A DNA stretch of 64,000 nucleotides from Patescibacteria group bacterium (GTDB lineage Bacteria > Patescibacteriota > Patescibacteriia > Patescibacteriales > UBA12465): positions 229,883-293,882 of the forward strand of contig JBAZJK010000001.1 of the NCBI GenBank assembly GCA_041651355.1. Reading direction: 5' to 3'. The notes beneath the pieces were generated by a model. That model saw nothing but the letters and a program-made list of their open reading frames with translations. It had not been told where the DNA came from and did no database searches. Shown piece by piece: positions 53,901 to 61,683 of this stretch. Position 1 is the first letter of the stretch, and each line of letters begins with the position of its first letter. The position numbers and the translations under genes are program-made.

Positions 53901-54097
53901 CCCGTGATTACGCTTTGAATTTCTATGTCGATGGCCGCCTCAAATTTTCCCGCCCTTATATCTGGATTGCTCCGGGTGAGGAAATCAATAAATTGGAGAT
54001 AGTTTTAGAAAACTATGAGGTCGATCTGGATGAGTTGGGCGTTTGGCGGGGAACCTTGAGCGCGGAGGAAGTGAAGAATATCTTTGAATCAGAGTAA
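50894..54097 (+). CDS. Secreted multidomain protein: permuted NlpC/P60-like (YiiX-type) domain, Ser/Pro/Ala linker, lamin-tail domain, two LamG-like domains
   Basis: 1067 aa with a signal peptide. The His-then-Cys order (GHVGIYVG...DWTCVGLVEKVYE) fits a permuted papain-like fold. The lamin-tail motif is DDWVELFNP. The two LamG endings are DEFSVWNRALGAGEI and DELGVWRGTLSAEEV. Confidence 0.7.
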   Translation: MKMIKLVSSICFLLASLVCGLEVKAMPIGTLLYRTSNQGLMYGYNSPELIVSEKGVIKHIYSGHVGIYVGLENGVPYVVEALGDGVVKTPAQYFVNESAGEKFLGAKFPKQANSAQAQQAVAIAKKIAADNLAYDLDFRQQKGPGDGDWTCVGLVEKVYESANISNPDNLGALEYNQPYYAVDITPDGFDNTSLYNSGGDCFSRKREFSKISRQDDLLVPLPELIGFAAGLEYKNERYIFLPYTQFLQESLREVAVDIKISSSFPEEEIRGSVSVWPVVLKWSLINNPISSLKKVVRLIFPKTDDLDDIPLDKAVPTLLNPLSVINEDETDKDGEDESLIEKVVPEDLLEIIPPVVKEKAEKILASSTTLSTSPKKTAVKASSSPAVKPKTASSSPPVQNQAAPSPPKVKAAAETKIIAPISTSTNTSTQAYVRPVNTYVATTSPAASSSTSTLDNLDPASILAPGHIVISRVGEAGEDDWVELFNPFPVAFDLAANDYRLERSKTAVDPSIILRFNDPEDGVFKTTVIAPYGRYLITRAEASPALRNQAQAISLRDEFSWPLGGYTLYLAKDAVSSNLDPDIIDYLGFGEAAYYEGSAPAPAFTANYYLSRKALASSTPVTMLEGGEHYSLNLVYDSNNNSFDWILLPISGSLELASSSEPYDDTDYGLDSPGIVYLNHFDECYQPGQKFIVGLFACARIFDFKETIESADFSPSLGNGNFSLSFFYKPQGVFPRFFFRLSNGNGNENLEISLESGMSEIAGLPGIAWRNYDHNFWPDEDWHLFTLVSNSADGYWAIYQDGEEIYRRDVSGSLPSFNHLEFGGTNGFLAVDEFSVWNRALGAGEISLISQARLPFYPSPPLSPYVPAVLTNFYSFDENLGDTAHDAVGTNHLSLAHNFWYSNGKVGGYIFQDQRQTLITSPLADITGSDLSLTFWWRNRSHPNEGRVKLALNHDDKAMFGIVAGYYRPAYIFNGEYGIISEGEDKTIPYDDNWHHLALTYSARDYALNFYVDGRLKFSRPYIWIAPGEEINKLEIVLENYEVDLDELGVWRGTLSAEEVKNIFESE

Positions 54098-54118
54098 ACT
54101 TTATAAAGCTTAGCCATA

Positions 54119-54147
54119 TTGACAAGTCTTATAAAGTTTGCCATAAT
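54119..54147 (+). promoter_or_regulatory. Sigma70-type promoter of the Fic gene
   Basis: TTGACA, a 17-nt spacer, then CATAAT, flanked by the repeats CTTTATAAAG and CTTATAAAGTTT. Confidence 0.55.
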
Positions 54148-54167
54148 GTCATTGTTGTGGTATTTAT

Positions 54168-55091
54168 ATGAATTTACGAGAAAAATTACAAATTATCCAA
54201 AATATTTCCAGTCTCACCCAGACAGCTTTAGCCGCCAGGTTAGAGGTTTCTTTTGCCACCTTCAATAGCTGGTGGACAGGGAAATCCCAACCGCGCCCCA
54301 AAAAGCTAGAACTGATAGACGGCCTGTATCGGGAGTTAAGCGGACAGAAGCTGATTCCCGACGATGTTTTAGTAGCCAAAAAGATGCTGGTTGCTAAGGA
54401 AGCGAAAAAATATCCTGATATCTTAAAATTAATCAGTGATAATCCGGATATCTATGACCAATTCCTTTTATCCTTGACCTATCACTCTAACAAGATCGAA
54501 GGTTCGACCCTTTCCGAAGATGAAACGGCCGATATCTTATTCAATAACCAGGCTCTCTCCAATAAAAGCCTGATCGAGCATCTGGAAGTAAAGAATCACC
54601 AGGCGGCCCTGAATTATCTTTTCACTTATCTGAAATCTAAAGTCAGGATCAGCGAGGAGTTGATCTTGAAATTGCACTCTATCTTGCTTAACGGCATCAG
54701 GGATGACGCCGGCTGTTTCCGCCAGCATGCCGTTCGGATCGTCGGCTCTTATGTGCCGACAGCCAATTATTTGAAAGTACCGGAATTGATAAAAGCTTTA
54801 GTCAAAGACATCAATGAAGCAGATAAAGATATTATCGCGACCACTAGCCGTATCCATGCCGAGTTTGAGAAGGTCCACCCCTTCGCTGATGGCAACGGAC
54901 GGATTGGGCGCTTGATTATGGCGGCCCAGCTGGTTAGAGCTAATTTGCCGCCAGCCGTCATTGAGCAGGGGGTAAAGAGGCGATATTACAGCTCTTTGAA
55001 CCGAGCACAGTTAAAGGGTGAATATCCGCCCCTGGAAGATTTTATTTGCGAGGCTGTCTTAAAAGGTTGCAAGATCGTAGATCGGAAATAA
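54168..55091 (+). CDS. Fic-domain protein with N-terminal XRE-type HTH
   Basis: 307 aa with the HTH LTQTALAARLEVSFATFNSWW, the inhibitory-type motif SNKIEG (S-x-x-x-E-G) and the Fic motif HPFADGNGRIGR. Confidence 0.85.
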   Translation: MNLREKLQIIQNISSLTQTALAARLEVSFATFNSWWTGKSQPRPKKLELIDGLYRELSGQKLIPDDVLVAKKMLVAKEAKKYPDILKLISDNPDIYDQFLLSLTYHSNKIEGSTLSEDETADILFNNQALSNKSLIEHLEVKNHQAALNYLFTYLKSKVRISEELILKLHSILLNGIRDDAGCFRQHAVRIVGSYVPTANYLKVPELIKALVKDINEADKDIIATTSRIHAEFEKVHPFADGNGRIGRLIMAAQLVRANLPPAVIEQGVKRRYYSSLNRAQLKGEYPPLEDFICEAVLKGCKIVDRK

Positions 55092-55147
55092 AAGTTTTGC
55101 TGTATCTATTGAAAAAGCCTGGACTTGTTAGTTCAGGCTTTTGTTTC

Positions 55148-55768
55148 TTATTCGGCGATCTGGCCGATGACATCTTCTTTGATTTTCCAATCGAAGGGAA
55201 GGGTAAGGCTATAGGAATTCGGGCTGGTCATTAAGTTGCCGTTCCCGAAATGATAGTAGTCCGTCTGGAGGCCGGGCTCTTCAATGTCCTGGTAGACGAC
55301 TTCAACGCAAAGGAGAAAATGCCGCGCGTAGACGGTTTGCCAGTCGCGCTGGCCGCTAAGCATGCTTATCTTAAACCGTTGGCAACCGCCGCTGCGCCAC
55401 AGGGCAACCTTCTTGACGCTGAGGACATGTTTATCGATGTAGTAATCCTCGTAGGTTTCATTCAGGATTTTTAAGATATCCTGGCTGGTCTTATGATGGA
55501 AGCCTTTGAATCCGCCGGGGATAAGCGCCGGGGCTCGATCCGGGTTGAAGTGATAGTAGATGATGAGCCACTTAGCCGTCCGGTAGATTTGGTATAAGGC
55601 GAGGACCGCCATGATCATAATGATCTTGAATTCTAATTTCTGTCCGATAGGCGTCGAAGAGTTGTCCGCTTCGCTGACCCGCCATATGAAAATGACGGCC
55701 AAGGCTAATAAAGCTAGGGCAGTGATCTGCATGGCTAGCTTCAGCCAGTGTTTGTTTCTTTCTTTCAT
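55148..55768 (-). CDS. Hypothetical membrane protein (2 TM plus soluble C-domain)
   Basis: 206-aa ORF with an ATG start and no recognised family. Confidence 0.5.
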   Translation of the reverse strand: MKERNKHWLKLAMQITALALLALAVIFIWRVSEADNSSTPIGQKLEFKIIMIMAVLALYQIYRTAKWLIIYYHFNPDRAPALIPGGFKGFHHKTSQDILKILNETYEDYYIDKHVLSVKKVALWRSGGCQRFKISMLSGQRDWQTVYARHFLLCVEVVYQDIEEPGLQTDYYHFGNGNLMTSPNSYSLTLPFDWKIKEDVIGQIAE

Positions 55769-56007
55769 GGATAAGGATTTGGTTTATAATGATTTTAAAA
55801 AGAGCGATTTTTAGTATCTGTCTATCTTATAATATTTATCTTTATTTGTCAATTATGTATTTATATATCTAATATTAGCTAATATTTATGAGTTACCAGC
55901 CTATTTTTCTGGTTCTTATTTTGCTTTTTATTCCTATAAATTTGGCTAATTCAGCGGGTCGGCCCTTGATTTTTTCGGCTTTTCCTTGTACTATGAAAAC
56001 GTTATTA

Positions 56008-56336
56008 GGGCAGGCAGGTGGTCGCTCTGTTTTTTCAAACAGGGAGGAAAGTCCGGACTTCGTAACGGTAGTGGGTAACACCCACCGGGAGTAATCCTAG
56101 GGCCAGTGCCACAGAGACAATACTAGCCTTCCTTCGGGCAGGCGAAAGGTGAAAAGTTACCGAGGCGCAAGCTATCGGTTTCGGCCGGCGGTGACGCCGT
56201 GTCCGCGGTAAACCCTACCGGAAGCAAGAGCAAACTGGGATTCGTCCCAAGACAAGTGGCTCGCTTGACCGGCCCAGTGATGGGTCGGCTAGATAAATGA
56301 CCATCCAACGACAGAATCCGGCTTATCGCTTGCCCT
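56008..56336 (+). ncRNA. rnpB: RNase P RNA, bacterial type A
   Basis: It has the universally conserved P4 strands GAGGAAAGTCCGG (about 56044) and ACAGAATCCGGCTTA (about 56311). P1 pairs GGGCAGGC (56008) with GCTTGCCC (56328-56335). GGTAAACCC and AGATAAATGACC elements are also present. Confidence 0.9.
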
Positions 56337-56363
56337 GGTAACCAGTTATCAATTAATTAATAT

Positions 56364-57779
56364 ATGAAAAAAATTGAATTGTTTTTTTCCTTTCTCTTCA
56401 TCCCCGTTGATCTTATCATGATCATATTGGGCGGGCTTTCTGCCTACTATCTGCGTTTTTCTAATTTTTCTACCGGCATCCGTCCGGTTATCTTCGATTT
56501 GCCTTTAGCAGAGTATTTTCCTTCTTTGTTGGTTATCGCTTTCATTTGGACTCTAGTCTTTATCTTTTCCGGTTTGTACCGGATCAAGAGCGCGCGCAAG
56601 CTCGCTCAAGAGCTGGCCAGGATATTCATGGCCGTCTCTACTGGTTTAGCCCTAGTGGCGATTTTGATATTCTTCCGCCGCGAATTATTTGATTCTCGTT
56701 TTATAGTGTTAGCGACCTGGTTCTTTACGATCATCTATGTCAGCTTGGCCCATATCTTTATCCGCTGGTTGCAGCGCAAGCTCTTCGCTTTAGGGGTCGG
56801 AGTCCATAAGGTGGTAATTGTCGGCAATTCCAAGACGGCTGACAACCTTATCTCGGAGTTCTCCAGCAATAAGCGGGCGGGCTATGAAGTGGTGAAAAGG
56901 GTACGCGATTTTTCTTTGGAGACCGCCCAAGAATTAGCTGAGTTCATCAAGACTAAAGAAGTCGATGAGATTATCCAAAGCGATCCCAACCTGACTAAGG
57001 TGGAAACCCTGCGTTTATATGACTTCGCGACCGATAATCATATTATTTTTAAATATGTCGCTGATCTATTGGAGGTGAAAGTACTGCGCACCGAAGTGGC
57101 CGAAGTTTTTGGCGTACCGATTGTCGAGGTTAAGAGGACGACGCTCGATGGTTGGGGTCATATTTCTAAGCGTTTCATGGATCTTATCTTGTCTGGACTT
57201 TTAATCATTATCTTTTCCCCGATATTGCTATTGATTGCTTTAGCAATCAAAGTTTCTTCACGCGGCCCGGTTTTTTTCTCCCGGCGCGATGACGGTTCTT
57301 ATCTGACCCGGATCGGAGCCGGCGGGGTGCCTTTTAAATATTTTAAGTTCCGTTCCATGATTCCTAACTCGGATAGCATGCGCTATAATGAGCTAGCAGA
57401 CAGGAATATCCGAACTGACGGTCCGATGGTTAAGATAAAAGACGATCCCCGGGTGACTAAGATCGGCCGTTTTATCCGGCGCTGGAGCTTGGATGAACTG
57501 CCGGAATTATTCTTAGTCTTTATCGGCCGCATGAGCTTGGTCGGTCCTCGTCCTCATTTGCCGGAAGAAGTAGCTAAATATGAGAATAACCACAAGAAGA
57601 CTTTGACGATCAAGCCCGGCATTACCGGCTTGGCCCAGATTTCTGGCCGCAGCGACCTCTTGTTTGAAGAAGAAGTCAAATTAGATGTCTATTATATTGA
57701 AAATTGGAGCTTGATGCTCGATATCTCTATTCTCCTAAAGACGCCTTTAGCTGTCTTGAAAAGACGCCAGGCGGAATAA
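56364..57779 (+). CDS. Polyprenyl-phosphate glycosyl-phosphotransferase (WbaP/bacterial sugar transferase family)
   Basis: 471 aa with N-terminal TM helices and a C-terminal sugar-transferase domain (GPVFF...KFRSM...DELPELF...MSLVGPRP). Confidence 0.85.
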   Translation: MKKIELFFSFLFIPVDLIMIILGGLSAYYLRFSNFSTGIRPVIFDLPLAEYFPSLLVIAFIWTLVFIFSGLYRIKSARKLAQELARIFMAVSTGLALVAILIFFRRELFDSRFIVLATWFFTIIYVSLAHIFIRWLQRKLFALGVGVHKVVIVGNSKTADNLISEFSSNKRAGYEVVKRVRDFSLETAQELAEFIKTKEVDEIIQSDPNLTKVETLRLYDFATDNHIIFKYVADLLEVKVLRTEVAEVFGVPIVEVKRTTLDGWGHISKRFMDLILSGLLIIIFSPILLLIALAIKVSSRGPVFFSRRDDGSYLTRIGAGGVPFKYFKFRSMIPNSDSMRYNELADRNIRTDGPMVKIKDDPRVTKIGRFIRRWSLDELPELFLVFIGRMSLVGPRPHLPEEVAKYENNHKKTLTIKPGITGLAQISGRSDLLFEEEVKLDVYYIENWSLMLDISILLKTPLAVLKRRQAE

Positions 57780-57786
57780 ATAATCT

Positions 57787-58905
57787 ATGCGAACTGCCTT
57801 GATCCATGACCATTTAGCCCAGGCCGGCGGCGCTGAAAAAGTGTTGCAGGTTTTTGCCGAGATGTTTCCCGCCGCCCCGATCTTCACCCTGCTTTATGAG
57901 AAGGATAATGTGGATAAGAATTTTTCTGGGCGGCAAATAGAAACATCGGTTATCCAAAAACTTCCGGGCGGAGTCAAGCATTACCAATGGTATTTATATT
58001 TCATGCCGATGGCGGTGGAATTTTTTGATCTCCGCTCCTATGACCTGGTCATTTCCGATACTAGCTCTTTTGCTAAGGGGGTAGTGACCATGCCTGATAC
58101 TTTGCATATCTGCTATTGCCATACGCCTACCCGCTACCTGTGGAGTGATACCCATCAGTATATCAATGAATTGAAATACGGCAGATGGCTGAAGAAGATC
58201 ATCTCTTTAGTTTTAAATAGTCTGCGGATCTGGGATTATAATGCGGCGCAACGGGTGGATTTATTTATTGCCAATTCTAAAACCGTCCAAGCGCGGATCA
58301 AGAAGTATTATCGCCGCGACAGCGTAGTCATCTATCCTCCGGTCGAGACTGATAAGTTCTATATTTCTGACTTAAGCCAGCAAACTACAGGCGAAAAGTA
58401 TTTTTTGATCGGCTGTCGCTTGGCGCCTTATAAGCGGGTGGATATCGTTATTGAAGCTTTTAAGAAACTAGGCCCGGACTATCGCCTGAAGATTTTCGGC
58501 GATGGCGTCGATATGAAGCGTTTGAAAAAGATTGCCGGCGAAGCGGCTAATATTGAATTTCTCGGCCGGGTCAACGAGACGGATAAGGCCAAGCTCTATA
58601 GCCAGGCCCAAGCTTTCATTAACCCTCAAGAAGAAGATTTCGGCATCACGCCGGTAGAATCGATGGCCTCCGGCCGGCCAGTTATCGCCTATCAGAAGGG
58701 CGGGGCGACAGAAACCATCATCGAAGGGAAGACCGGTTTATTCTTCCAGGAACAAAGCGCTACTGATATCATTAAAAACATCCAAGCCTTTTCCGGCTAT
58801 AATTGGGATAGCCAGGCAATCAGGGAGCATGCTCAACAGTTCTCCGTAGCTAATTTTAAGGAGCAGATAAATAATTTTATTGCCAGTCACAAGACGAATG
58901 CTTAA
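57787..58905 (+). CDS. Glycosyltransferase family 4
   Basis: 372 aa. It has an N-terminal GGAEKV motif, and the C-terminal half carries the GT4 signature (EEDFGITPVESMASGRPVIA). Confidence 0.85.
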   Translation: MRTALIHDHLAQAGGAEKVLQVFAEMFPAAPIFTLLYEKDNVDKNFSGRQIETSVIQKLPGGVKHYQWYLYFMPMAVEFFDLRSYDLVISDTSSFAKGVVTMPDTLHICYCHTPTRYLWSDTHQYINELKYGRWLKKIISLVLNSLRIWDYNAAQRVDLFIANSKTVQARIKKYYRRDSVVIYPPVETDKFYISDLSQQTTGEKYFLIGCRLAPYKRVDIVIEAFKKLGPDYRLKIFGDGVDMKRLKKIAGEAANIEFLGRVNETDKAKLYSQAQAFINPQEEDFGITPVESMASGRPVIAYQKGGATETIIEGKTGLFFQEQSATDIIKNIQAFSGYNWDSQAIREHAQQFSVANFKEQINNFIASHKTNA

Positions 58906-59968
58906 AGCTAAGAAAAAGATAAAAGTCTTAGTCGCTATGTCCGGCGGAGTCGACTCCTCGGTGGCGGCGCAGTTATTAAAAAACCAGGGCTATCAGGTCA
59001 CCGGTATTTTTTTAAATTTCTGGAAGGAACAGGGGATGAGTGGGGACAATAAGTGTTGTTCTTTAGAAGCCTTGCTTGATGCCCGGGCGGTCGCTCAGAA
59101 AATCGGGATCGAATTATTCACTTTTGATTTTAAAGACCGCTTCAAGCTGAAGGTGGTTGATAATTTCCTGTCTGAATATCAAAAAGGCCGGACGCCTAAT
59201 CCCTGCGTAATCTGTAATCGTGAGGTGAAGATTGGCGGTTTGCTAAAATATGCCAGAGGCTTGGGCTTTGATTACGTGGCTACCGGGCATTATTTAAGAC
59301 TTAAAAAAGTCGGTCGGACTTATCGCTTATATAAAGCTAAGGATAAGAATAAGGACCAATCTTATTTCCTATATACTTTTAATCAGGAGCAATTAGCCCA
59401 TTTGCTTTTTCCCTTAGGAAACTATAATAAGCCGCGGGTCAGGGAACTGGCGAAGAAATATGCTTTGCCGACAGCGGAGAAGAAAGAGAGCCAAGAAATC
59501 TGCTTTATTCCCGGCAAGCATCATAATGATTTCTTAAAAAGGCATTTAAGATTGGCGCCGGGTGAGATTAAAATTTTAGGTACTGATAAAGTTATCGGTC
59601 AACACGAAGGCCTGGCTCTATATACCATCGGCCAGCGCCGTGGCTTGATTGGCGGCACCGGGCCATATTACGCCGCTAAGTTTGATGTTAAGACCAACAC
59701 TTTGTATGTAGTTAAGGATTTTAACGACCCTGTCATCTATGGGGACAGCTTAAAGGCCAAGAATGTTAATTGGTTAGGCCGGCCGAAATTTCCTCTAAAT
59801 TGTGAGGCCGTTATTCGCTATCGCCATCCAGCGGTCAAATGCCAAGTGCGCTTAGTGGGCAAGGATTATCTGGTTAGTTTCAAGAAACCCCAACGAGCCG
59901 TAACTCCTGGCCAGAGCATCGTGTTCTATCAGGGGCTAGAGGTTTTAGGGGGAGGGATAATCTGCTAG
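58898..59968 (+). CDS. mnmA: tRNA-specific 2-thiouridylase
   Basis: From ATG 58898 it reads MLKAKKKIKVLVAMSGGVDSS (PP-loop), with later NPCVICN. It overlaps the previous stop by 8 nt. Confidence 0.9.
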   Translation: MLKAKKKIKVLVAMSGGVDSSVAAQLLKNQGYQVTGIFLNFWKEQGMSGDNKCCSLEALLDARAVAQKIGIELFTFDFKDRFKLKVVDNFLSEYQKGRTPNPCVICNREVKIGGLLKYARGLGFDYVATGHYLRLKKVGRTYRLYKAKDKNKDQSYFLYTFNQEQLAHLLFPLGNYNKPRVRELAKKYALPTAEKKESQEICFIPGKHHNDFLKRHLRLAPGEIKILGTDKVIGQHEGLALYTIGQRRGLIGGTGPYYAAKFDVKTNTLYVVKDFNDPVIYGDSLKAKNVNWLGRPKFPLNCEAVIRYRHPAVKCQVRLVGKDYLVSFKKPQRAVTPGQSIVFYQGLEVLGGGIIC

Positions 59969-59970
59969 GC

Positions 59971-60005
59971 TTGACTTATGGTTTGACTTAAGGTAAACTT
60001 AAGTT
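59971..60005 (+). promoter_or_regulatory. Promoter and palindromic operator of the toxin-antitoxin pair
   Basis: TTGACT (59971), a 17-nt spacer, then TAAACT (59994). It overlaps the perfect 10-bp palindrome AACTTAAGTT (59996-60005), and there is a second TTGACTTAAGG upstream. Confidence 0.5.
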
Positions 60006-60029
60006 AAACTACATAATCATTGAAAATAT

Positions 60030-60242
60030 ATGGAAAACTTAGTGGCTTTAAAAGATTTACGTCTTAATATGGATACTTATATTCGCAAATTAAATACGGG
60101 CCAATCTTTTATAGTTTTAAAGAAAAATAAACCGATTTTTAAATTAGAACCGGTTAATGAAGGTTATTGGGAAGAAGTGATTGATTTTACTAAGATTAGA
60201 AAAGGCGGTGTTAGTATAGACGAAATTCTCAAGAGACTTTAA
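60030..60242 (+). CDS. Type II antitoxin (Phd/YefM-like)
   Basis: 70 aa, placed 1 nt upstream of a RelE-like ORF. The N-terminus resembles the YefM-type pattern (…LRLNMDTYIRKL..GQSFIVLKKNKPIFKL). Confidence 0.6.
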   Translation: MENLVALKDLRLNMDTYIRKLNTGQSFIVLKKNKPIFKLEPVNEGYWEEVIDFTKIRKGGVSIDEILKRL

Positions 60243-60243
60243 T

Positions 60244-60489
60244 ATGGATAAGATTGCCAAGGTTTTAAATAAGCTTATTGATAATGAGAGAAAATCTTTA
60301 GAAATTGTCTTATTAAAAATAAAAAATAATTCCTTGGTCGGCTTAGATGTTAAAAAGTTAAAGGGTAGAGAAGATATTTTTAGAGTTCGTAAGGGAAAAA
60401 TAAGGGTAATTTTTCAGGAGAACTATGACGGTATAGTTAAGATTATTTCTGTGGAACGCCGTTCCGATAAAACATACAAGAATTTTTAG
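60244..60489 (+). CDS. Type II toxin, RelE/ParE superfamily
   Basis: 81 aa. LKGREDIFRVRKGKIRVIFQENYDGIVKIISVERRSDKTY matches the RelE/StbE core pattern (LKG...R.R.G..R.I........I.I..V..R...Y). Confidence 0.7.
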   Translation: MDKIAKVLNKLIDNERKSLEIVLLKIKNNSLVGLDVKKLKGREDIFRVRKGKIRVIFQENYDGIVKIISVERRSDKTYKNF

Positions 60490-60571
60490 TTTTGAGTATA
60501 AATACAGCCAAGAATATGGCTGTATTTTTATTTTATGCTATAATATTTTTTTAAACTAATTTTTTAAGCCT

Positions 60572-60928
60572 ATGCCCGCTTCTTTGCCCGATGTTTTTAA
60601 ACGAATCCAAGACTACAAGAAAGAACAGCGCGACCTGAAAGCCATGTATCGCGATGCGCTCTCAACTAACGCTGAATATCAGAGCGTGAAGGAAGAGCTT
60701 GAAGCTTTGAAGTTAAGGAAGAAAAAGATCGAGATGTCCGTTCAGACTGCCTTTAAAGAGGAGTTTGATAAATTAGAAGGTCTAAAGCTTAATATCGCCG
60801 GCGATAATCAGTTGATGAGCGACTTAGCTCTGAATCAGATCATGGCGGGGGAGAGCATCCGCTTGGTGGATGAAAATAAGGTAGAGTATGATCCGGTGTT
60901 TACAGTTCGCTTCAAGAAGGTGAAATAG
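60572..60928 (+). CDS. Hypothetical coiled-coil protein
   Basis: 118-aa ORF with an ATG start, its own promoter-like TATAAT upstream, and a terminator downstream. Confidence 0.5.
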   Translation: MPASLPDVFKRIQDYKKEQRDLKAMYRDALSTNAEYQSVKEELEALKLRKKKIEMSVQTAFKEEFDKLEGLKLNIAGDNQLMSDLALNQIMAGESIRLVDENKVEYDPVFTVRFKKVK

Positions 60929-60956
60929 GGAAGGAGATTTTTATATTAAGGATTTT

Positions 60957-60984
60957 AAAAACCACTGTTTAGGCAGTGGTTTTT
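60957..60984. terminator. Bidirectional intrinsic terminator
   Basis: AAAAACCACTG-tttagg-CAGTGGTTTTT. Confidence 0.8.
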
Positions 60985-61008
60985 AAAAGATCGGAAGAGT
61001 TATTTTAA

Positions 61009-61395
61009 TCATATCTTTGCCATTTCTTGTTTTTCAGCTTCAACTATAGTTAGTTTTTTCTTTCTTATTTTACTAATCCAATAGGTGATTGCAAAAGACA
61101 GGAGCCCGCTGCAAAAATTTATAAGCAATGTGCGGTAGGCCATAGTGAGGGAGATACTCAAAATAAAGAGGGCGGACACAAGAGTCGCGCCGATTAAAAA
61201 TGAGGCCAGGAAGGGCCAAAGGATGTTAATTGGACCCTTCGGTCGGCTAGACATCTTAATGTAAGTTTTAGCCGCCAAGAAGCCATAGGATCCTGGACCA
61301 ATCAGAGGCGCTAAACAAGCAACAAATGAGATGATTGAATATAAAACGGTTGTCGTAAAATAAATTGTTCCTTTTTCGTTAGAGTTTTTTTCCAT
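61009..61395 (-). CDS. Hypothetical 4-TM membrane protein
   Basis: 128-aa ORF. A TTGACA-17-TATTAT promoter lies upstream in the minus sense (about 61443-61471). Confidence 0.5.
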   Translation of the reverse strand: MEKNSNEKGTIYFTTTVLYSIISFVACLAPLIGPGSYGFLAAKTYIKMSSRPKGPINILWPFLASFLIGATLVSALFILSISLTMAYRTLLINFCSGLLSFAITYWISKIRKKKLTIVEAEKQEMAKI

Positions 61396-61486
61396 GGCAT
61401 TTGTTTTATTGATTGATTTATGAATGTTCTAATTAACTTCTATAATATCATTATTGTTGGTAATTGTCAAGTATATTTGCTTATTT

Positions 61487-61515
61487 AAAAAACTCTCTTA
61501 TTCAGAGAGTTTTTT
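61487..61515 (-). terminator. Intrinsic terminator after tRNA-Leu
   Basis: ACTCTC-ttattca-GAGAGT stem with A and T tracts on both sides. Confidence 0.7.
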
Positions 61516-61516
61516 G

Positions 61517-61600
<84 letters not shown>

Positions 61601-61618
61601 TTGTGAATTACAAAAACC

Positions 61619-61647
61619 AGTATAATAAATCACAGCTAAATTGTCAA
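61619..61647 (-). promoter_or_regulatory. Promoter of tRNA-Leu
   Basis: Minus sense has TTGACA (61647-61642), a 17-nt spacer, then TATACT (61624-61619), 18 nt upstream of the mature 5' end. Confidence 0.6.
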
Positions 61648-61669
61648 AGGATTTATTTTAGGTTATAAT
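61641..61669 (+). promoter_or_regulatory. Promoter of parA, with its -35 overlapping the divergent tRNA-Leu -35
   Basis: TTGTCA (61641-61646), a 17-nt spacer, then TATAAT (61664-61669). Confidence 0.55.
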
Positions 61670-61683
61670 AAATTTAGATTTTT

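Noticed and set aside
55888-56308. Three track ORFs of 61-68 aa (55888-56094 +, 55893-56081 -, 56123-56308 -) lie here.
   Set aside because: They overlap the RNase P RNA gene and its promoter region, so they are spurious reading frames.
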